Shown: piece after piece, positions 1 through 12,930 of the stretch
Position numbering within the stretch: position 1 is the first letter of the stretch
How the letters are laid out: the number at the start of each line of letters is the position of its first letter
Assembly (NCBI GenBank): GCA_002269645.1
Contig: NIVC01003986.1
Span: 1 to 64,000, forward strand
Reading direction: 5' to 3'
Length of the DNA stretch: 64,000 bases
Origin: Macrostomum lignano
Lineage: Eukaryota
Translations under genes and position numbers: made by a program
The notes under the pieces: model-generated
What the model saw: the letters and a program-made list of their open reading frames with translations, nothing else
Told to the model about the DNA's origin: nothing
Database searches by the model: none

Positions 1-172
1 CCTGTGCGAGCTCGTCGAGCTGCTGTACAACCTGATCACCAAGACCGGGGGGCAGCGAAGCTCCAGCAACATCATCCGCGTGAGGCCCGCGCCACCGATG
101 GGCAGCAGCTCGGGCACGCCGGACTGCAGCGAGGTGGAGCTGGGCGACAAGAAGGGGATGCCAGAAAACTAG
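1..172 (+). CDS. 3' end of a DEG/ENaC family channel (partial; paralog of 32463-34313)
   Basis: Frame from base 2 reads LCELVELLYNLITKTGGQRSSSNIIRVRPAPPMGSSSGTPDCSEVELGDKKGMPEN*. It is near-identical to the end of TM2 and the tail of the ENaC at 34089-34241 up to GDKK, then diverges. Confidence 0.85.
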   Translation, partial: LCELVELLYNLITKTGGQRSSSNIIRVRPAPPMGSSSGTPDCSEVELGDKKGMPEN

Positions 173-2715
173 AAAATGAGTAGCTATGCAATAACGGCAC
201 CTTTGCGATATCTTTGGCCGAGTTACACTGACCATTCAACTTTTCCCTTGCTTTGATTCGCTTCTGCCTCCTTGCTTGGACACGCCAAATGAGATCGGCT
301 TGACGTGAGAGAGAGCTTATAATCTATGCTGAAAGCTGTAGCCAACTTTCTCTCTTTTTTTCTGTTCCTGGATTCACAACAAATTTGATTGAGGTCCGGT
401 TCGGGTTTGTTGCGCTTCTTTAAAAACGCGCTCAAATGAACATCGTATGGCTATGAATTCTTCACCCGGTATTGATGATGGTAAACCGAGCCCATCGTTG
501 GCCATTTTTTATTATAGACAGGGGGCTGAGTGCACCCTACGGCACCACAGAATGTACACAGAATGCTCAATCACGCATTTTTTATGAATCCGAATTAAAA
601 ATCGTTCGCACTACTTTTGTTGTGAAGTATATGGCCAGTAGTATCAACTAGCAAAGAATAATTTAGAAAAAATTAGCAAAACAGTAACAGATCCTATTAT
701 AAGGATCAAAATTAAAAAAGGAAGTCAAAACTTGAACATCTAAAACTCCAGTCAAGAAGAATTCATTCGCATCTTCAAATGGCAGTTAAACAGCACTAAT
801 TCGCATCAGCTCCTTCTCTTCAGTTCTCTTCATCTCTTCGTTCTCTTCTCCCTCGAACAAGGAGAGTTCGCTGTCTCCCATGGCTCAGAATCGCAGAGAG
901 TGATACGATGTAGAAATAGACGTAAAATGGTGCAGGGAGGGATTAAAGGTTTCTAGATTGAGCTCATACAGTCTCCTGATGAAAATCTGTCTGCACAAAA
1001 CATTGCATGGTTTTATGCTGTCTATGGCATAAAGTCTTGTCCCTGTCTTAAAGTGCATGTTGACTGTCTAATGGACGTCACTTAGACGAGAGTGAATCGA
1101 AGTTTCAGTAGGTCTGGACCATAGACTGTTGATATGCAGTGGACTTTGTCGAAAGTGGAAGTGAAGTCTTTAATCTTTTACACATGTGCCTATCTCTGTA
1201 GTGTAAGTTCGTTTTCCAACATTTCAGTTTGCTTTGGTGCGAAGCTATCCGTACAGAAAGGAGATTCTGATTGTACACTGCTTTAATGAACAACTGTAAG
1301 AATTTGGTACAAATTTGACCACAGGGAAGCATTTTCTTGAGGTTAGAATTGACCTTCACTTTCAGTTGTTGATGATAAAAGGGAGTTTGTCTGAATTGGA
1401 TGTTGTTTCAGAGATGCTAAGCTTGAAGTGTGGAAGATGAAGTTCCCATTGTCGAAAGAGGAGCTGCTTTTGAATGAAAATGCAGGTAAAATGTTGTACA
1501 ATTAAGCACTGAGGGAGGTGGCTTCAAATGCAAAGACTGATATATAAAGAAAGACCACTGACCCCGATTAGCGATCATGGTGATGCAAGGCTGTTGGCTT
1601 GAGTGCCCAACATCTTCACCCTTCCGGGATCCAATTCGAGTAGAGGCGCCGTGCCCTACTTTTTTTGTCAGCGTCTCGCGGCGTCTGCGCTGTTCCTTGG
1701 CTTCGTCAGGTGCGACTTCGCCTGCGCCTTTAATTGGGTGATTTTGAAGCTAAAGTATACTAGCTTACGCCACTGCAGCATCGCCAGACCACTTCAGACT
1801 GATCCAGGCAATCTTAAGTCTACTCTTCATTTTGGCTTGTCCCCAGTGAAGTTTCTCTGTAAGAAATTCACGTGTTATCCATGGCCCAACTCCAGCTCCA
1901 GGACTCCAGCTTTGGATGTCCGTTTCCTAAACCAGTGGTCTCAGATCTCAGCCCACAACACGCCCGCGGTTCTTGTCTTAACTTTGGTGATTCAATTCGG
2001 GTAAAAGGTCCCTGCTTAGGCTGGTGAGGAGAGAGTGGAGAGTTTGACCTGGGGAATCGAATTAAAGCAATTGTTTATCACTGTTTTTTGGGGTGGAAAG
2101 TTTAACGTTGCTGAGTGTCTAACTAATCATCTTTGGCAAGGACCACTAGCTAGCACCACGCGTTTCAAGCTTGATTAAGTGTGATGCCAGGAATCCTATT
2201 TACTCGCTGGAGAAATTTAAAATCGAACTGTGCTGTTTCATCATTTCGTGGGCGCCACTAAGCATTAACCATTGTCATGGTTAGTTGTGTGCCTGCCTAC
2301 ACCCTCTGTTTTGTGTAGCGCCGTCAAGTGTACGCTTGGCGTTACCCCTCCTCAGTGTTGCATGCTGGGGTTGTGGTCACGGATACTATAACCCTAGATA
2401 GTTCACTCTTGCTTAGATTTTTGCAACTACTCTTTGGTTAGTAGCGTGAACGAACATGGATGCGTAAAACGATCTAAAAATACGTAGCAAAAGTGATGTA
2501 TTGTCGTTTTCGTGTCAGCTTACGCTAAGCTTTCAAGCTTAGGCTAAGCTTAGGCTAGCTTTCAAAACATCAAAGTTAAGTGCACTCCCATTTATGGTCA
2601 AAACGAAGGAACTTGAGGGCTTAAGAGTTGGAGCTTTAATAAGAGGTTGATAACTGTTTCATTTATAAGCAAAACACATGCATGACAACAGCTCCATACT
2701 CAGCATTCGACTGCT

Positions 2716-3226
2716 GACAGCAGTTTCATGTATAAGCAAAATATGACAGCAGTTTCATGTATCAGCAAAATATGACAGCAGTTTCATGTATCAGCAAAAT
2801 ATGACAGCAGTTTCATGTATAAGCAAAATATGACAGCAGTTTCATGTATAAGCAAAATATGACAACAGTTTCATGTATAAGCAAAATATGACAGCAGTTT
2901 CATGTATCAGCAAAATATAACAGCAGTTTCATGTATAAGCAAAATATGACAGCAGTTTCATGTATAAGCAAAATATGACAGCAGTTTCATGTATAAGCAA
3001 AATATGACAGCAGTTTCATGTATAAGCAAAATATGACAACAGTTTCATGTATAAGCAAAATATGACAGCAGTTTCATGTATAAGCCAAATATGACAGCAG
3101 TTTCATGTATAAGCAAAATATGACAACAGTTTCATGTATAAGCAAAATATGACAGCAGTTTCATGTATCAGCAAAATATGACAGCAGTTTCATGTATAAG
3201 CAAAATATGACAACAGTTTCATGTAT
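2716..3226. repeat. Minisatellite, 29-bp unit GACAGCAGTTTCATGTATAAGCAAAATAT, ~17 copies
   Basis: Direct tandem periodicity (units start at 2716, 2745, ...). Confidence 0.95.
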
Positions 3227-3818
3227 TCGTCACTCGTAGGCACGGCAGTGCCTTGCGTCAAATTTCATTTTTGGAGCAACTAGCAATTTATCTAGCCATG
3301 CGCACGCTGATGCTCACCCAAAGAGTAGACACTTTTTTGAGCCATAGACAATAACACAAAAATGGCTTAACTCAATGCAGAGTGAAATATCTAGTGTTTT
3401 ATTATCTGTGCCTGTGATTGCATCAGAGAGACTTTGAATCAAATATATAAGTTATGGCAGGCGTCTCAGTGAAGGCTCATATAATTCTTATTTCAGATTT
3501 AATAGATCTGAAATTGACAGCCCTCAGCCTTATTCAATTTCTACATAAGCCATAGCCATAACAAGCAGGCATGGAATGAATAGTTCAAAATCATTTTGTT
3601 GTGTCCCTAGACTGACCAGCCGGCTTTGTCTCCTGTCTATACGAGAAGGGAGACTCAGCACCCAGCCCTGTTGCTTGCCAAGCCACTGTCGCGCTAATGC
3701 GCAGACAATAGGTCAGCAACCAGGGTCGCAGCAAACGCACAGGCCCTGGTGACGATGTCCTAATGGCACTGAACACAAAGAAAGAAGGCAGGACGATACC
3801 TGTATCTATTATCTGTGG

Positions 3819-4516
3819 TATTTGGGGTGGTGATTTTTCATGCTGGCTCTCTAGGCGTCTCAGAGGCTGTATTTGGGGTGGGTGATTCTTCATGCTGGAG
3901 CTCTAGGCGTCTCAGAGGCTGTATTTGGGGTGGGGATTCTTCATGCTGGAGCTCTAAGCGTCTCAGAGGCTGTATTTGGGGTGGGGATTCTTCATGCTGG
4001 AGCTCTAGGCGTCTCAGAGGCTGTATTTGGGGTAGTGATTTTTCATGCTGGCCCTCTAGGCGTCTCAGAGAATGTATTTGGGGTGGGTGATTTTTCATGC
4101 TGGCCCTCTAGGCGTCTCAGAGAATGTATTTGGGGTAGTGATTTTTCATGCTGGCCCTCTAGGCGTCTCAGAGAATGTATTTGGGGTGGGTGATTTTTCA
4201 TGCTGGCCCTCTAGGCGTCTCAGAGAATGTATTTGGGGTGGGTGATTCTTCATGCTGGAGCTCTAGGCGTCTCAGAGGCTGTATTTGGGGTGGGGATTCT
4301 TCATGCTGGAGCTCTAGGCGTCTCAGAGGCTGTATTTGGGGTGGTGATTTTTCATGCTGGCTCTCTAGGCGTCTCAGAGGCTGTATTTGGGGTGGGTGAT
4401 TCTTCATGCTGGAGCTCTAGGCGTCTCAGAGGCTGTATTTGGGGTGGGTGATTCTTCATGCTGGAGCTCTAGGCGTCTCAGAGGCTGTATTTGGGGTGGG
4501 TGATTCTTCACGCTGG
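3819..4516. repeat. Minisatellite, 51-52-bp unit (TATTTGGGGTGGGTGATTCTTCATGCTGGAGCTCTAGGCGTCTCAGAGGCTG), ~13 copies
   Basis: Tandem units with a few variants. Explains the repetitive ORFs at 3815-4451. Confidence 0.95.
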
Positions 4517-5139
4517 TGGTCTAGGAATCGCTCTAAGCGAAAAGGGCAGCGGGAGACAGGAGGGCGGCGCGCACGCCAATAAATACAAGCCATTAAAGTT
4601 TATATTTTTCTACTGTCTTAATATAATTAGTCTTAATTATACATATTTGATGCTCTATTAAATGTAGAAATGTAAGGAACATACGTTTAGAAAGTACAAA
4701 ACTAACATACCTTTTTGTGTTCTCGTGCGCCAAAACTGCGGTCTATTTTGCCAGCGGAAATATAGCGCTTAAACTTGGTGCTATGGAGATTGAAACGAAA
4801 CCTGTGCCATACACAAGTTCACTACTGGATACAATTGCCTGCAAAATAATTTTGCTGCTGTTACCTTGCTGTTAATACAGCAAAGAAAAATCCATTGCAC
4901 AGCTTAAAGAATGTGAGTTGCCATGCAGATTAAGGACCGGTGCAATTAAGTTGATAAGTATCGCTCATCGTCTGATGGTTCAAATTCAGACTGGTCGCTG
5001 CTTATGAACATTTTCTCCATGCAACTCGTCACTTGGACACGTAAACTTGACTCAGATATGCTTTTGAACTTGATAAGCTGTCAGCAAGAATGCTCTTCCG
5101 CCTGCAGTTCTGGTTTGCAGAAAGGTCAATGGCTTGATG

Positions 5140-5265
5140 GTGACAGTGATGTCAGGGTGACAGTGAAGTCAGGGTGACAGTGAAGTCAGGGTGACAGTGA
5201 AGTCAGGGTGACAGTGAAGTCAGGGTGACAGTGAATTCAGGGTGGCAGTGAAGTCAGGGTGACAG
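5140..5265. repeat. 17-bp tandem repeat GTGACAGTGAAGTCAGG, ~7 copies, abutting the LTR
   Basis: Direct periodicity; ends exactly where TGTTG (LTR end) begins at 5266. Confidence 0.9.
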
Positions 5266-5475
5266 TGTTGTGTTTTGTGCGTAAATTTAGCGTTGAGCCG
5301 AAGGCTGTTAATAAAAGAGCATAGCTCAAGTTGAATGTATATTTTGTTTAACGATATAAGTCAAGGCAAGCCTTTATAGAGTCAGTCGGTAACTGTTTGG
5401 GACACAGACAAATAAATTAACGCTGAGGCAACGACTGAAAATAAAAGTACGTTGGATTCGGACCGGTATACAACA
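5266..5475 (-). mobile_element. 3' LTR (210 bp) of a Ty3/Gypsy retrotransposon, with adjacent polypurine tract
   Basis: Bounded by the inverted termini TGTTG (5266-5270) and CAACA (5471-5475). On the minus strand it is preceded by the purine run CTAGAGGGGGACA (about 5476-5488) and lies just downstream of the integrase region. Confidence 0.8.
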
Positions 5476-5637
5476 TGTCCCCCTCTAGGAAAAGAGAACT
5501 GCAACGGAAAGCGTTGGTGGTTATTGATTAGTGGGTTTGAGTATGAACGGGTGAGCTTAGAGAGCTTGGTGCTTAACAAAGTTAACGGCGAATTCGTTGA
5601 AAGTTTGGGATGAATCAGCGTCCATGCTGTTCAGCAA

Positions 5638-8571
5638 TTACGGCACAAATCGATCAGGGGCCCGACGATTTCGCGAGCTTCGGCGCGCCGGGTTGTCATT
5701 CGGTTGCTCTGGGGCATCCTGCTCATGGGTCGTTGGTGCCTGCTCTTCTCCGGCCGTCATTAACAGTGGGGGCTGTTGCACAGGCAGATTGTCAGACGCT
5801 TCCTCTTCGTCCGCTGTAAGGGCGTCCTGCTGTGGCATTGATGGAGCCAACTGATTGGTGCTGGCCAGCTTCAGGCTCTCATCTTCTAGAATCCATGCCG
5901 TATTGTGCCCAGCATGCAGTCATTAGAAATGTAGCCTGGCCTCCCCTGAGTTGATTTTTGCGGCTGGTAGATGACGTTGTCTCCTTGCTCGAACTGTGAG
6001 ACGACCGGCACACGAAGGCTTCTACCAAGCACCAACTCGGCTGGGCACTGACCGCGGCTTCTTGAGGAGCTTCGATGGTGCATGAGCACTTTTTGTAGGT
6101 AGAATGGGAATTCCATGTGTGTTATTCTTTCCGACGATGCGCGCAGCGCAGATTTAACGGTCTGCACTGCCTTCACTGCGAGGCCGTTTGCCTGAGGATA
6201 GTAGGCGGGTGACTCCATTTTCTTCACTCCATGTGCGCGCAGCCATGCGTTGAGGCTATCGGCTACAAATTCGGGTGCATTGTCTGACACAACTAGCTCT
6301 GCCATACCAAAGCGTGCAAAGACGGCGCAGAGGCACTGCTGGACAGTGCTGGCCACTCTGTTTTGGCAGGGAAACGCTTCTATCCAGCCAGAATGAGCGT
6401 CAGCGATAATAATTATGTCGCCAGCTCCTCTTACATGCGCCCAGTCCATGTGAATGCGTTGGAATGGATAGTCCGGGGTGGGCCATCGATCGCTGTCGTG
6501 GCCGACACGCGGTCGTAGGCGGCTGCAGACCGGGCAGCGTTGGACAAATTGTGACACACCCTGTTTGCATCCCAGGCCACCAGCAAGACGCTGAAAGCAG
6601 GTTGTATGAGGCCTAAATTCCAGAGTGGGTGTCATGGATTGCGTGAAAGGAGGCCCGGGCAACCGTGGGGGGATGTAAACCCTCCTCTGCATGTAAAGAA
6701 GTCCGTTTTCCAGCGTTAGCTTTTCGGAAACGGCTTTGAAGCTTGACTCTGCCTGCGAGCAACCTTGCCAGTTTCCATTGCGTACTCTCATTAGAATCTT
6801 CTGGGTGAACGGGTCTGCGTCCATTTCTGCCAAAATTCTTCCGGCCTCGATCACCGATGATTCGAATACCACGACGTTTATGGCATCAAACGTTTCCTTG
6901 TCATCTGCTGAAGGGTATCAAAGCGGAGCCGAGATAGAGCGTCAGCGTGTGGAATGTCGCGGCCTCGCACGTACTCGATGATGAAATCAAACTGCATGAG
7001 ATGCATAGCCCAGCGCCCGATTCTCGCCGATGTGTTCAGAGGGATGCCACCGTGGAAAAGGCGAGTCAGTGGCTGATGATCTGTTTTGATTGTGAAGCTA
7101 CGGCCATGAAGGAAGTGCTTCAGTCGAGCGACGGCCCAGAAGATGGCGAGGGCCTCGCGCTTAATATTTGAGTAATTCGATTCGGTGGATGACAGCGTCC
7201 TCGAAACAAATATTACGGGATGCCCTTCCTGAGTCACTATTGAGCTCTTTGAGGCATCCGTTATTAGAGTCAGCTCCTTTGATAGGCTATAGGGCTGCAC
7301 TATTGGCGCAGAGGCGATTTCAGCTTTGAGATTATTAAAAGCTCGAGAGCACTCGTCGGTCCAGTCAAAGTTGACGTTGGATTTTCGCCGATGGTTAAGA
7401 GGAGCGGTCTTTCGAGCGAAGTTCGGAATCAGTCTCCCAAAGAAGTTGACCAGTCCCAAAAAGCTCGCGAGCTCAGATTTGTTAGTCGGTGCAGAAACAT
7501 GTCTGACTTTTTCAACAAGCCGTTCGTCTGGCTGGATTCCGGCGGCAGAGATCTTGAATCCAAGAAAAGAGATGGAATCGGTGTAGCTGAAGCACTTGGA
7601 CTCGTTGATGGTGACGCGCTTTTCCTGTAGTCGGGTGCGCACCGCGGCAAGACGCTTTTCTAGAGTAGCCGCATCTGGTGCGTGCACCAGGATGTCGTCT
7701 TGATAAATCAGCAGTCCTTTGATGTCTGACAAAATCGATTCCATAGTTCTCTGGAAGATGAACGAGGCGTTTTTCATCCCCATTTGCAGTCTGTTTACTC
7801 GGTACTGTCCACGCGACGTGTTGATGATGGAGAGATCTCTGGCCGCTTCATTCAGTTCAATTTGCCAGTAGGCCGAGCGGAGGTCGACGGTACACTGCAA
7901 TCGGCACACGTTTGCAAAGTGCCGTCTTTCTTTTTCACCCAAACCACGGGCGACGCATTGCTCACGGGTCCCTCGATGGGTTCAATTACTCCTAGCTGTT
8001 GCAAGCGGTCGAGTTCGGCGTTAATCTGCCCCTCAATTGCAATAGGCACGGATCGAGCACGGCAGAATCTGGGTCTGTCACCGTCAACAACCTCCATGCG
8101 AGCTTTTACGCCTTTTATGGTAGGCAGTGGCTCAACTACGCGGGTGTTGTTCTGGGGCACACTTGTGGTGTGAAAGAGGTCCTCCGCGTCCAACAGATCG
8201 CGACCAAGCAAGCCATATGGTTTGTTCGAGTTGACCACAATGAGCTCTGCAGGGTGCAGATGACCTCGTAGTTCAACCGTGGTTGCCAGCTTTCCGAGTG
8301 ATTTCATCACGTGACCATCAAAGGCTTCTAGCCGCCGAAAACACTTGTGCAGTGAGGGTTGACCCAGTCGTTCCCATTGCGAACTGGAGAGCACGGAGAC
8401 GGAGGCGCCTGTATCGATCTGCATGTTGACGGTCTTGCCATCGATAATAAGTGGCTCGGTGGCCACGTTGACAGCGTGGACGGTGCCCACGTCGCTGAGA
8501 TGCATAAGGGAAGTCTTCTCATGTGGCTCATTGTCTATTTCATGAGCTGATGGGTCAGTGAATTGGTGCAC
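5638..8571 (-). pseudogene. Degenerate Ty3/Gypsy pol (protease-RT-RNase H-integrase), 5'-truncated in gag
   Basis: 7852-8571: aspartic protease IDTGASVS and LLGRD. 6878-7942: RT with VDLRSAY, LQMG, YQDD and RNase H TDAS...TDHQPL. 5886-6872: integrase with CPVC, IHMDWA, VVSDNAPEF, YYPQANG. The order is PR-RT-RH-IN. Frameshifts and an apparent deletion between KKDGTLQTCAD and VDLRSAY; no 5' LTR seen. Confidence 0.92.
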
Positions 8572-9537
8572 AGGCCGTGCAGATGATGAGCGACATACGC
8601 TGGCAAAGTCTTCTTCTTCTTCTTCTTAATTCTTTATCCCCTGCTTCTTCGAACATCTCCTCGTCGCTCATTCTTCTTATTTTCGTATCTACCTTTTCAA
8701 AAATGAACTCAGTGCGTCTGACATCGCACACCGGAGCTTCCGTCTGCTGGAAGCAAACTTCAGGAGAGGGCCCTCAGTTCTGAGAGGGGCGCGGTAGAAA
8801 GCCATGGGCTGTAGTATATTTGTAGCTTGAGACTGGAGTATGTTAAAGATTGATACAGAATGCTAAAACGTTTTTCTGAATTTAAATATAGCTTTGTCGA
8901 AATAGAACTTGGGAAATTTGCATGCAGGAGCAAGTTTTGTCCATAGACAGAATGAGCGCCCTCACTATGGTATGAAATAGAATATCTAATTGCCGAAATA
9001 GAATGAGAGTTTTGTTAAAATTATGAACGGAAAGGTGTACGAGTGTATTAAAAACTTCATCCAGTTTGTAAGCGAACAGTTTTATCAGTTTTATTCGGTT
9101 TATTAGTAATAAAAGGCTTTCAGGACCTGAATGTGGGTAAAATTGCATTACCCATTAATACGAGCGTAATAAGATGCTTAACAATCCGTTTATTCTCAAA
9201 CACATAAAATCTTCAGATGTTGATCAAGAGCAAAAATGAGATTGGCAGGGGATCCGATCGGGACTCTGATGGAGCGAACTGGCAGGAAAGTGCTGCGTCA
9301 AAATAAGCTTTTCAAAGAAACCGTTCAACAAATACTCAAGTATCACAGAGACGAAACTGAAAAAAAAAGATTTTCGGGCTGCCCCGAAAACACGTTTGAG
9401 TCTTACAAAACAATTCGCGCACATTAATCCATAGACAATTTTGCCCTCCAACACAGATTCGACCTGCGATAGCTGGTGTCAAAAACAGAAGGCATGTCCG
9501 CCAGAACCGCAGACCAGAGAGAATCGAACAAAGGAGC

Positions 9538-10956
9538 TCAGAAGAACCAAAAACGACGCGAGGGAGCCGGATTTGACTCCGGCTTCGGCTTCGGCTTCGG
9601 CTTCATCCGCGGTATGTAGATCTTTTTTTGAACAGGCAGCCTTTTATCCGGAACAATGAACACTCGGCTGCCGCGCACTGACACCATGGAGATGCTGAGG
9701 ATCGAGGCCCGCGGAGCGCCAAACCACACCTCCGGGATGGCGCCGATGCTCAGCGCCAGCTCGATAAAGTCATTCACTGTTGCGTAGCGAAGGCGAACCG
9801 CCGGCGGTAACTCCTGGACCGGCATCGACAACAGCTGCGACACGTTCATAGCTGGCAGACTTCGAGCAAACTTGTCCAGGTCGTGGTCAGCTGAGCGACC
9901 GATCACTTTGTCGATGGCGCTCTTGGTCAAAGTGACATTGAACGTGTTCAGCGCCATCCGGCTCAAGTAGTTGTGGTAGAATATGTCGCCGTACGCGTAG
10001 CTCTTTCCAGGCTCGCTGCTTCGGCCACCGTTCCGGCCGATGTTGAACGTCCGGGACAGCTCGGGACGCACGCAGACGAGGCTGTTATTCATCATGTAGT
10101 GCCTCAGAAAGTCGTCGTATTGCGTCTTCGGCCAGAATTCCCTGATCTGCAGCCAGTGGCGCCGATTGATCATCCAGCCGAGTCCAGGGAAGAAGTCAGT
10201 CCGGTGCAGCAGCTGTGGGTCCTCGGTCACGAGGCCAATCTGGCCGTTGTCGTTCCAAGCGGACACGCAGAAGATGCTCTCGTCGGAGTCGAGCGCTCTT
10301 CGCAGTGAGCGAAAATACTGGTAGAAGTCCGGCGCAATCAACATGTCATCCTCCATCAGTATGACATAGGAGAAGTTCAGCTTCAGTATCAGGTAGTCCA
10401 ACACGCGCAGGTAATGCCGCGCAATCTTCACGTAGCTATCGCTTGACGCAGTAAAGTTGCGACTTTTGTCATCGGCTAAGCGTAACAGTTTGACCTCATT
10501 GGATTTTATCTGCTGCAGCACAGCAGTTGTTTGCTTTTCTGTACCATCCAGCGACATCAGGAGGCGGAATCCGCTCGCCGGCTTCTGAGCAAGCAGCTGG
10601 TTGACCACCTGATGCACTTCTGGTCTCCTCGCGGCCAGCACCACCACAGCGATGTCTCTGCCTTGGTTTTGCTCGGGGGGTTCATCCGTTGCGTTCGTTG
10701 AATTCAGCCGAAATATTTCAGGCTCCTGAAACTCTGGCAAATTATCGTCCGGTTCTTCAGTCTCTTTCGTCTTAGGAGTTTCTGTCTTTTTTATGTGGCT
10801 TTGCAGAGCCAGAAAAGGAACTAGAAATCCGAGGACAGTCAAGATGACAAACATCAAGACGAGGCCAAGTTTTTTTCCATTAGAAAGACGCCGTAGACCC
10901 TGGCGTAGCAGCAAACTGAATTTTGAAACTCGTCGACCGAACCGTGTCGAGTCCAT
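9538..10956 (-). CDS. MGAT1: GT13 family N-acetylglucosaminyltransferase (MGAT1/GnT-I-like), type II membrane protein, single-exon CDS
   Basis: N-terminal TM (LGLVLMFVILTVLGFLVPFLAL), then YVKIARHY, MEDD (DXD-type motif), IAPDFYQYF, CVSAWNDNG, RTDFFPGLGWM and CVRPELSRT, all typical of GnT-I/POMGNT1 catalytic domains. Orthology versus paralogy is not established. Confidence 0.85.
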   Translation of the reverse strand: MDSTRFGRRVSKFSLLLRQGLRRLSNGKKLGLVLMFVILTVLGFLVPFLALQSHIKKTETPKTKETEEPDDNLPEFQEPEIFRLNSTNATDEPPEQNQGRDIAVVVLAARRPEVHQVVNQLLAQKPASGFRLLMSLDGTEKQTTAVLQQIKSNEVKLLRLADDKSRNFTASSDSYVKIARHYLRVLDYLILKLNFSYVILMEDDMLIAPDFYQYFRSLRRALDSDESIFCVSAWNDNGQIGLVTEDPQLLHRTDFFPGLGWMINRRHWLQIREFWPKTQYDDFLRHYMMNNSLVCVRPELSRTFNIGRNGGRSSEPGKSYAYGDIFYHNYLSRMALNTFNVTLTKSAIDKVIGRSADHDLDKFARSLPAMNVSQLLSMPVQELPPAVRLRYATVNDFIELALSIGAIPEVWFGAPRASILSISMVSVRGSRVFIVPDKRLPVQKKIYIPRMKPKPKPKPESNPAPSRRFWFF

Positions 10957-11894
10957 TGAGATTGCCGGGTCAATTGCTGCTCTACCCTGGCTGAAACCTG
11001 AGTGCGAAATGCAAAAATTCTATGCAGTGCCAATGCGCTGGTGGCGTTCTCGGCTCGGAGCGAAACTTTATTGCCTTCTCTCGCGCTCATTGCTGAGCGC
11101 ATGCAGGGTCAGTATGCTTTGCCTTAAGACCGCCTGTGGTGCTGGGGCTCCTTGGCTCCTATTGTTAAGCGTATGCACAGTTTGGAGTAGGAGTGTTGCA
11201 ACTGCAACCTTTGAGTCTCTTCCATAAAAATAGAAACCCTTTATAGACTGCAGTTTAACGGGGTTCGGAGAATGCAGTGGGGCTTTTTGCGACCTAAGAG
11301 TGGCGGCGAGAAGGTAGAGAGACATGCATGAGAGAGAAGAATTAATAGTAAATTTCCATGGCAAATGAAAACAATTGACGGAAAGACACAAGAATAGATA
11401 TTCAGTTTTGAGTGCGTAGTTGTCTTCGCTACGAGTGCTAAGACTGAAATTGTAAAATTGTTTAATTTCATTTCGTACAATAATCCAAAGAAAGATTCTT
11501 GGAACGGACTTCTAAGATTAGCTCGTAGGAACAGCCGACTATTAAAAATGTAAAAAAAGACCCGGTCTAGCGTAAATCAGACACGATTTCGTGATGACCC
11601 AGCGATTATGACCCAGATGACATCCTCGACTGCATGCAGTGTTGAAGATCTTGGGACATCGACTAACGATCGATAGGAAATTGCTTTGATTGTCGGTTGT
11701 GGGGTTTACTGCACGCTATCTTTACTTGCCGCACAAGTGCTTTGATTGCCGGTTGCTGGGTTTACTGCACGCTATTTTTACTTGCCGCACAAGTTCTTCT
11801 CTTTTCGAGATAGGATTGCACTGTAGACAAAAATGGTTAACAATACGCTTTAGTTAGTTTCTTCTTTCTCAGAAGAACAGCTTTTCTTCGAAAG

Positions 11895-12898
11895 TTACAC
11901 CTTTTCCGTTCAATTTTAACGAAACTCGGATTCCATTTCGGCAAGCAGCATTCAATATCATTATTCTATATTTAGGTCGTAGCTATTTCAACCCTCATCC
12001 GAATTCGGCAAGCTGACATTCAATATCATTATTCTATATTTAGGTCGTAGCTATTTCAACCCTCATCCGAATTCGGCAAGCTGACATTCAATATCATTAT
12101 TCTATATTTAGCTCGTAGCTATTTCAACCCTCATCCGAATTCGGCAAGCTGACATTCAATATCATTATTCTATATTTAGCTCGTAGCTATTTCAACCCTC
12201 ATCCGAATTCGGCAAGCTGACATTCAATATCATTATTCTATATTTAGCTCGTAGCTATTTCAACCCTCATCCGAATTCGGCAAGCTGACATTCAATATCA
12301 TTATTCTATATTTAGCTCGTAGCTATTTCAACCCTCATCCGAATTCGGCAAGCTGACATTCAATATCATTATTCTATATTTAGCTCGTAGCTATTTCAAC
12401 CCTCATCCGAATTCGGCAAGCTGACATTCAATATCATTATTCTATATTTAGCTCGTAGCTATTTCAACCCTCATCCGAATTCGGCAAGCTGACATTCAAT
12501 ATCATTATTCTATATTTAGCTCGTAGCTATTTCAACCCTCATCCGAATTCGGCAAGCTGACATTCAATATCATTATTCTATATTTAGGTCGTAGCTATTT
12601 CAACCCTCATCCGAATTCGGCAAGCAGCATTCAATATCATTATTCTATATTTAGGTCGTAGCTATTTCAACCCTCATCCGAATTCGGCAAGCAGCATTCA
12701 ATTTCGGCAATTGGATAGTTTGTCCATAGACAGAATGAACGCCCTCAATATGGTATGAGATAGAATATCCAATTGCCGAAACTGAATGCTGCTTGCTAGT
12801 TGGAATGACGGTTTTAGTAGCTAAATATACGTTAGAATGCTAGTTTAGCTTGCCGAAATAGAATGCGAGTTTTTTAAACTGAATAGAATAAGGTGTAA
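11895..12898. mobile_element. Foldback/TIR element whose left arm contains an expanded 68-bp minisatellite
   Basis: Ends TTACACCTT (11895) and AAGGTGTAA (12898). Inner arms 12688-12717 and 12766-12795 are 30-bp inverted repeats with one mismatch, around a 48-bp loop. The loop and right end recur at about 8935-9040. Confidence 0.6.
11935..12700. repeat. Minisatellite, 68-bp unit, ~11 copies
   Basis: Unit ATTCGGCAAGCTGACATTCAATATCATTATTCTATATTTAGCTCGTAGCTATTTCAACCCTCATCCGA (starts at 12003, 12071, ...). Confidence 0.95.
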
Positions 12899-12930
12899 AT
12901 AGTACATTAACGCCCGCAAAGCATGGGTAT

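Noticed and set aside
480-2030. Possible decayed transposon coding sequence on the minus strand
   Set aside because: Fragmentary frames with no diagnostic motif I could identify.
8577-8783. 68-aa ORF listed on the minus strand in the provided track
   Set aside because: The peptide actually reads on the plus strand (GTG CAG ATG ATG at 8577, TGA at 8781-8783), so the strand label looks wrong. No evidence that it is a gene in any case.
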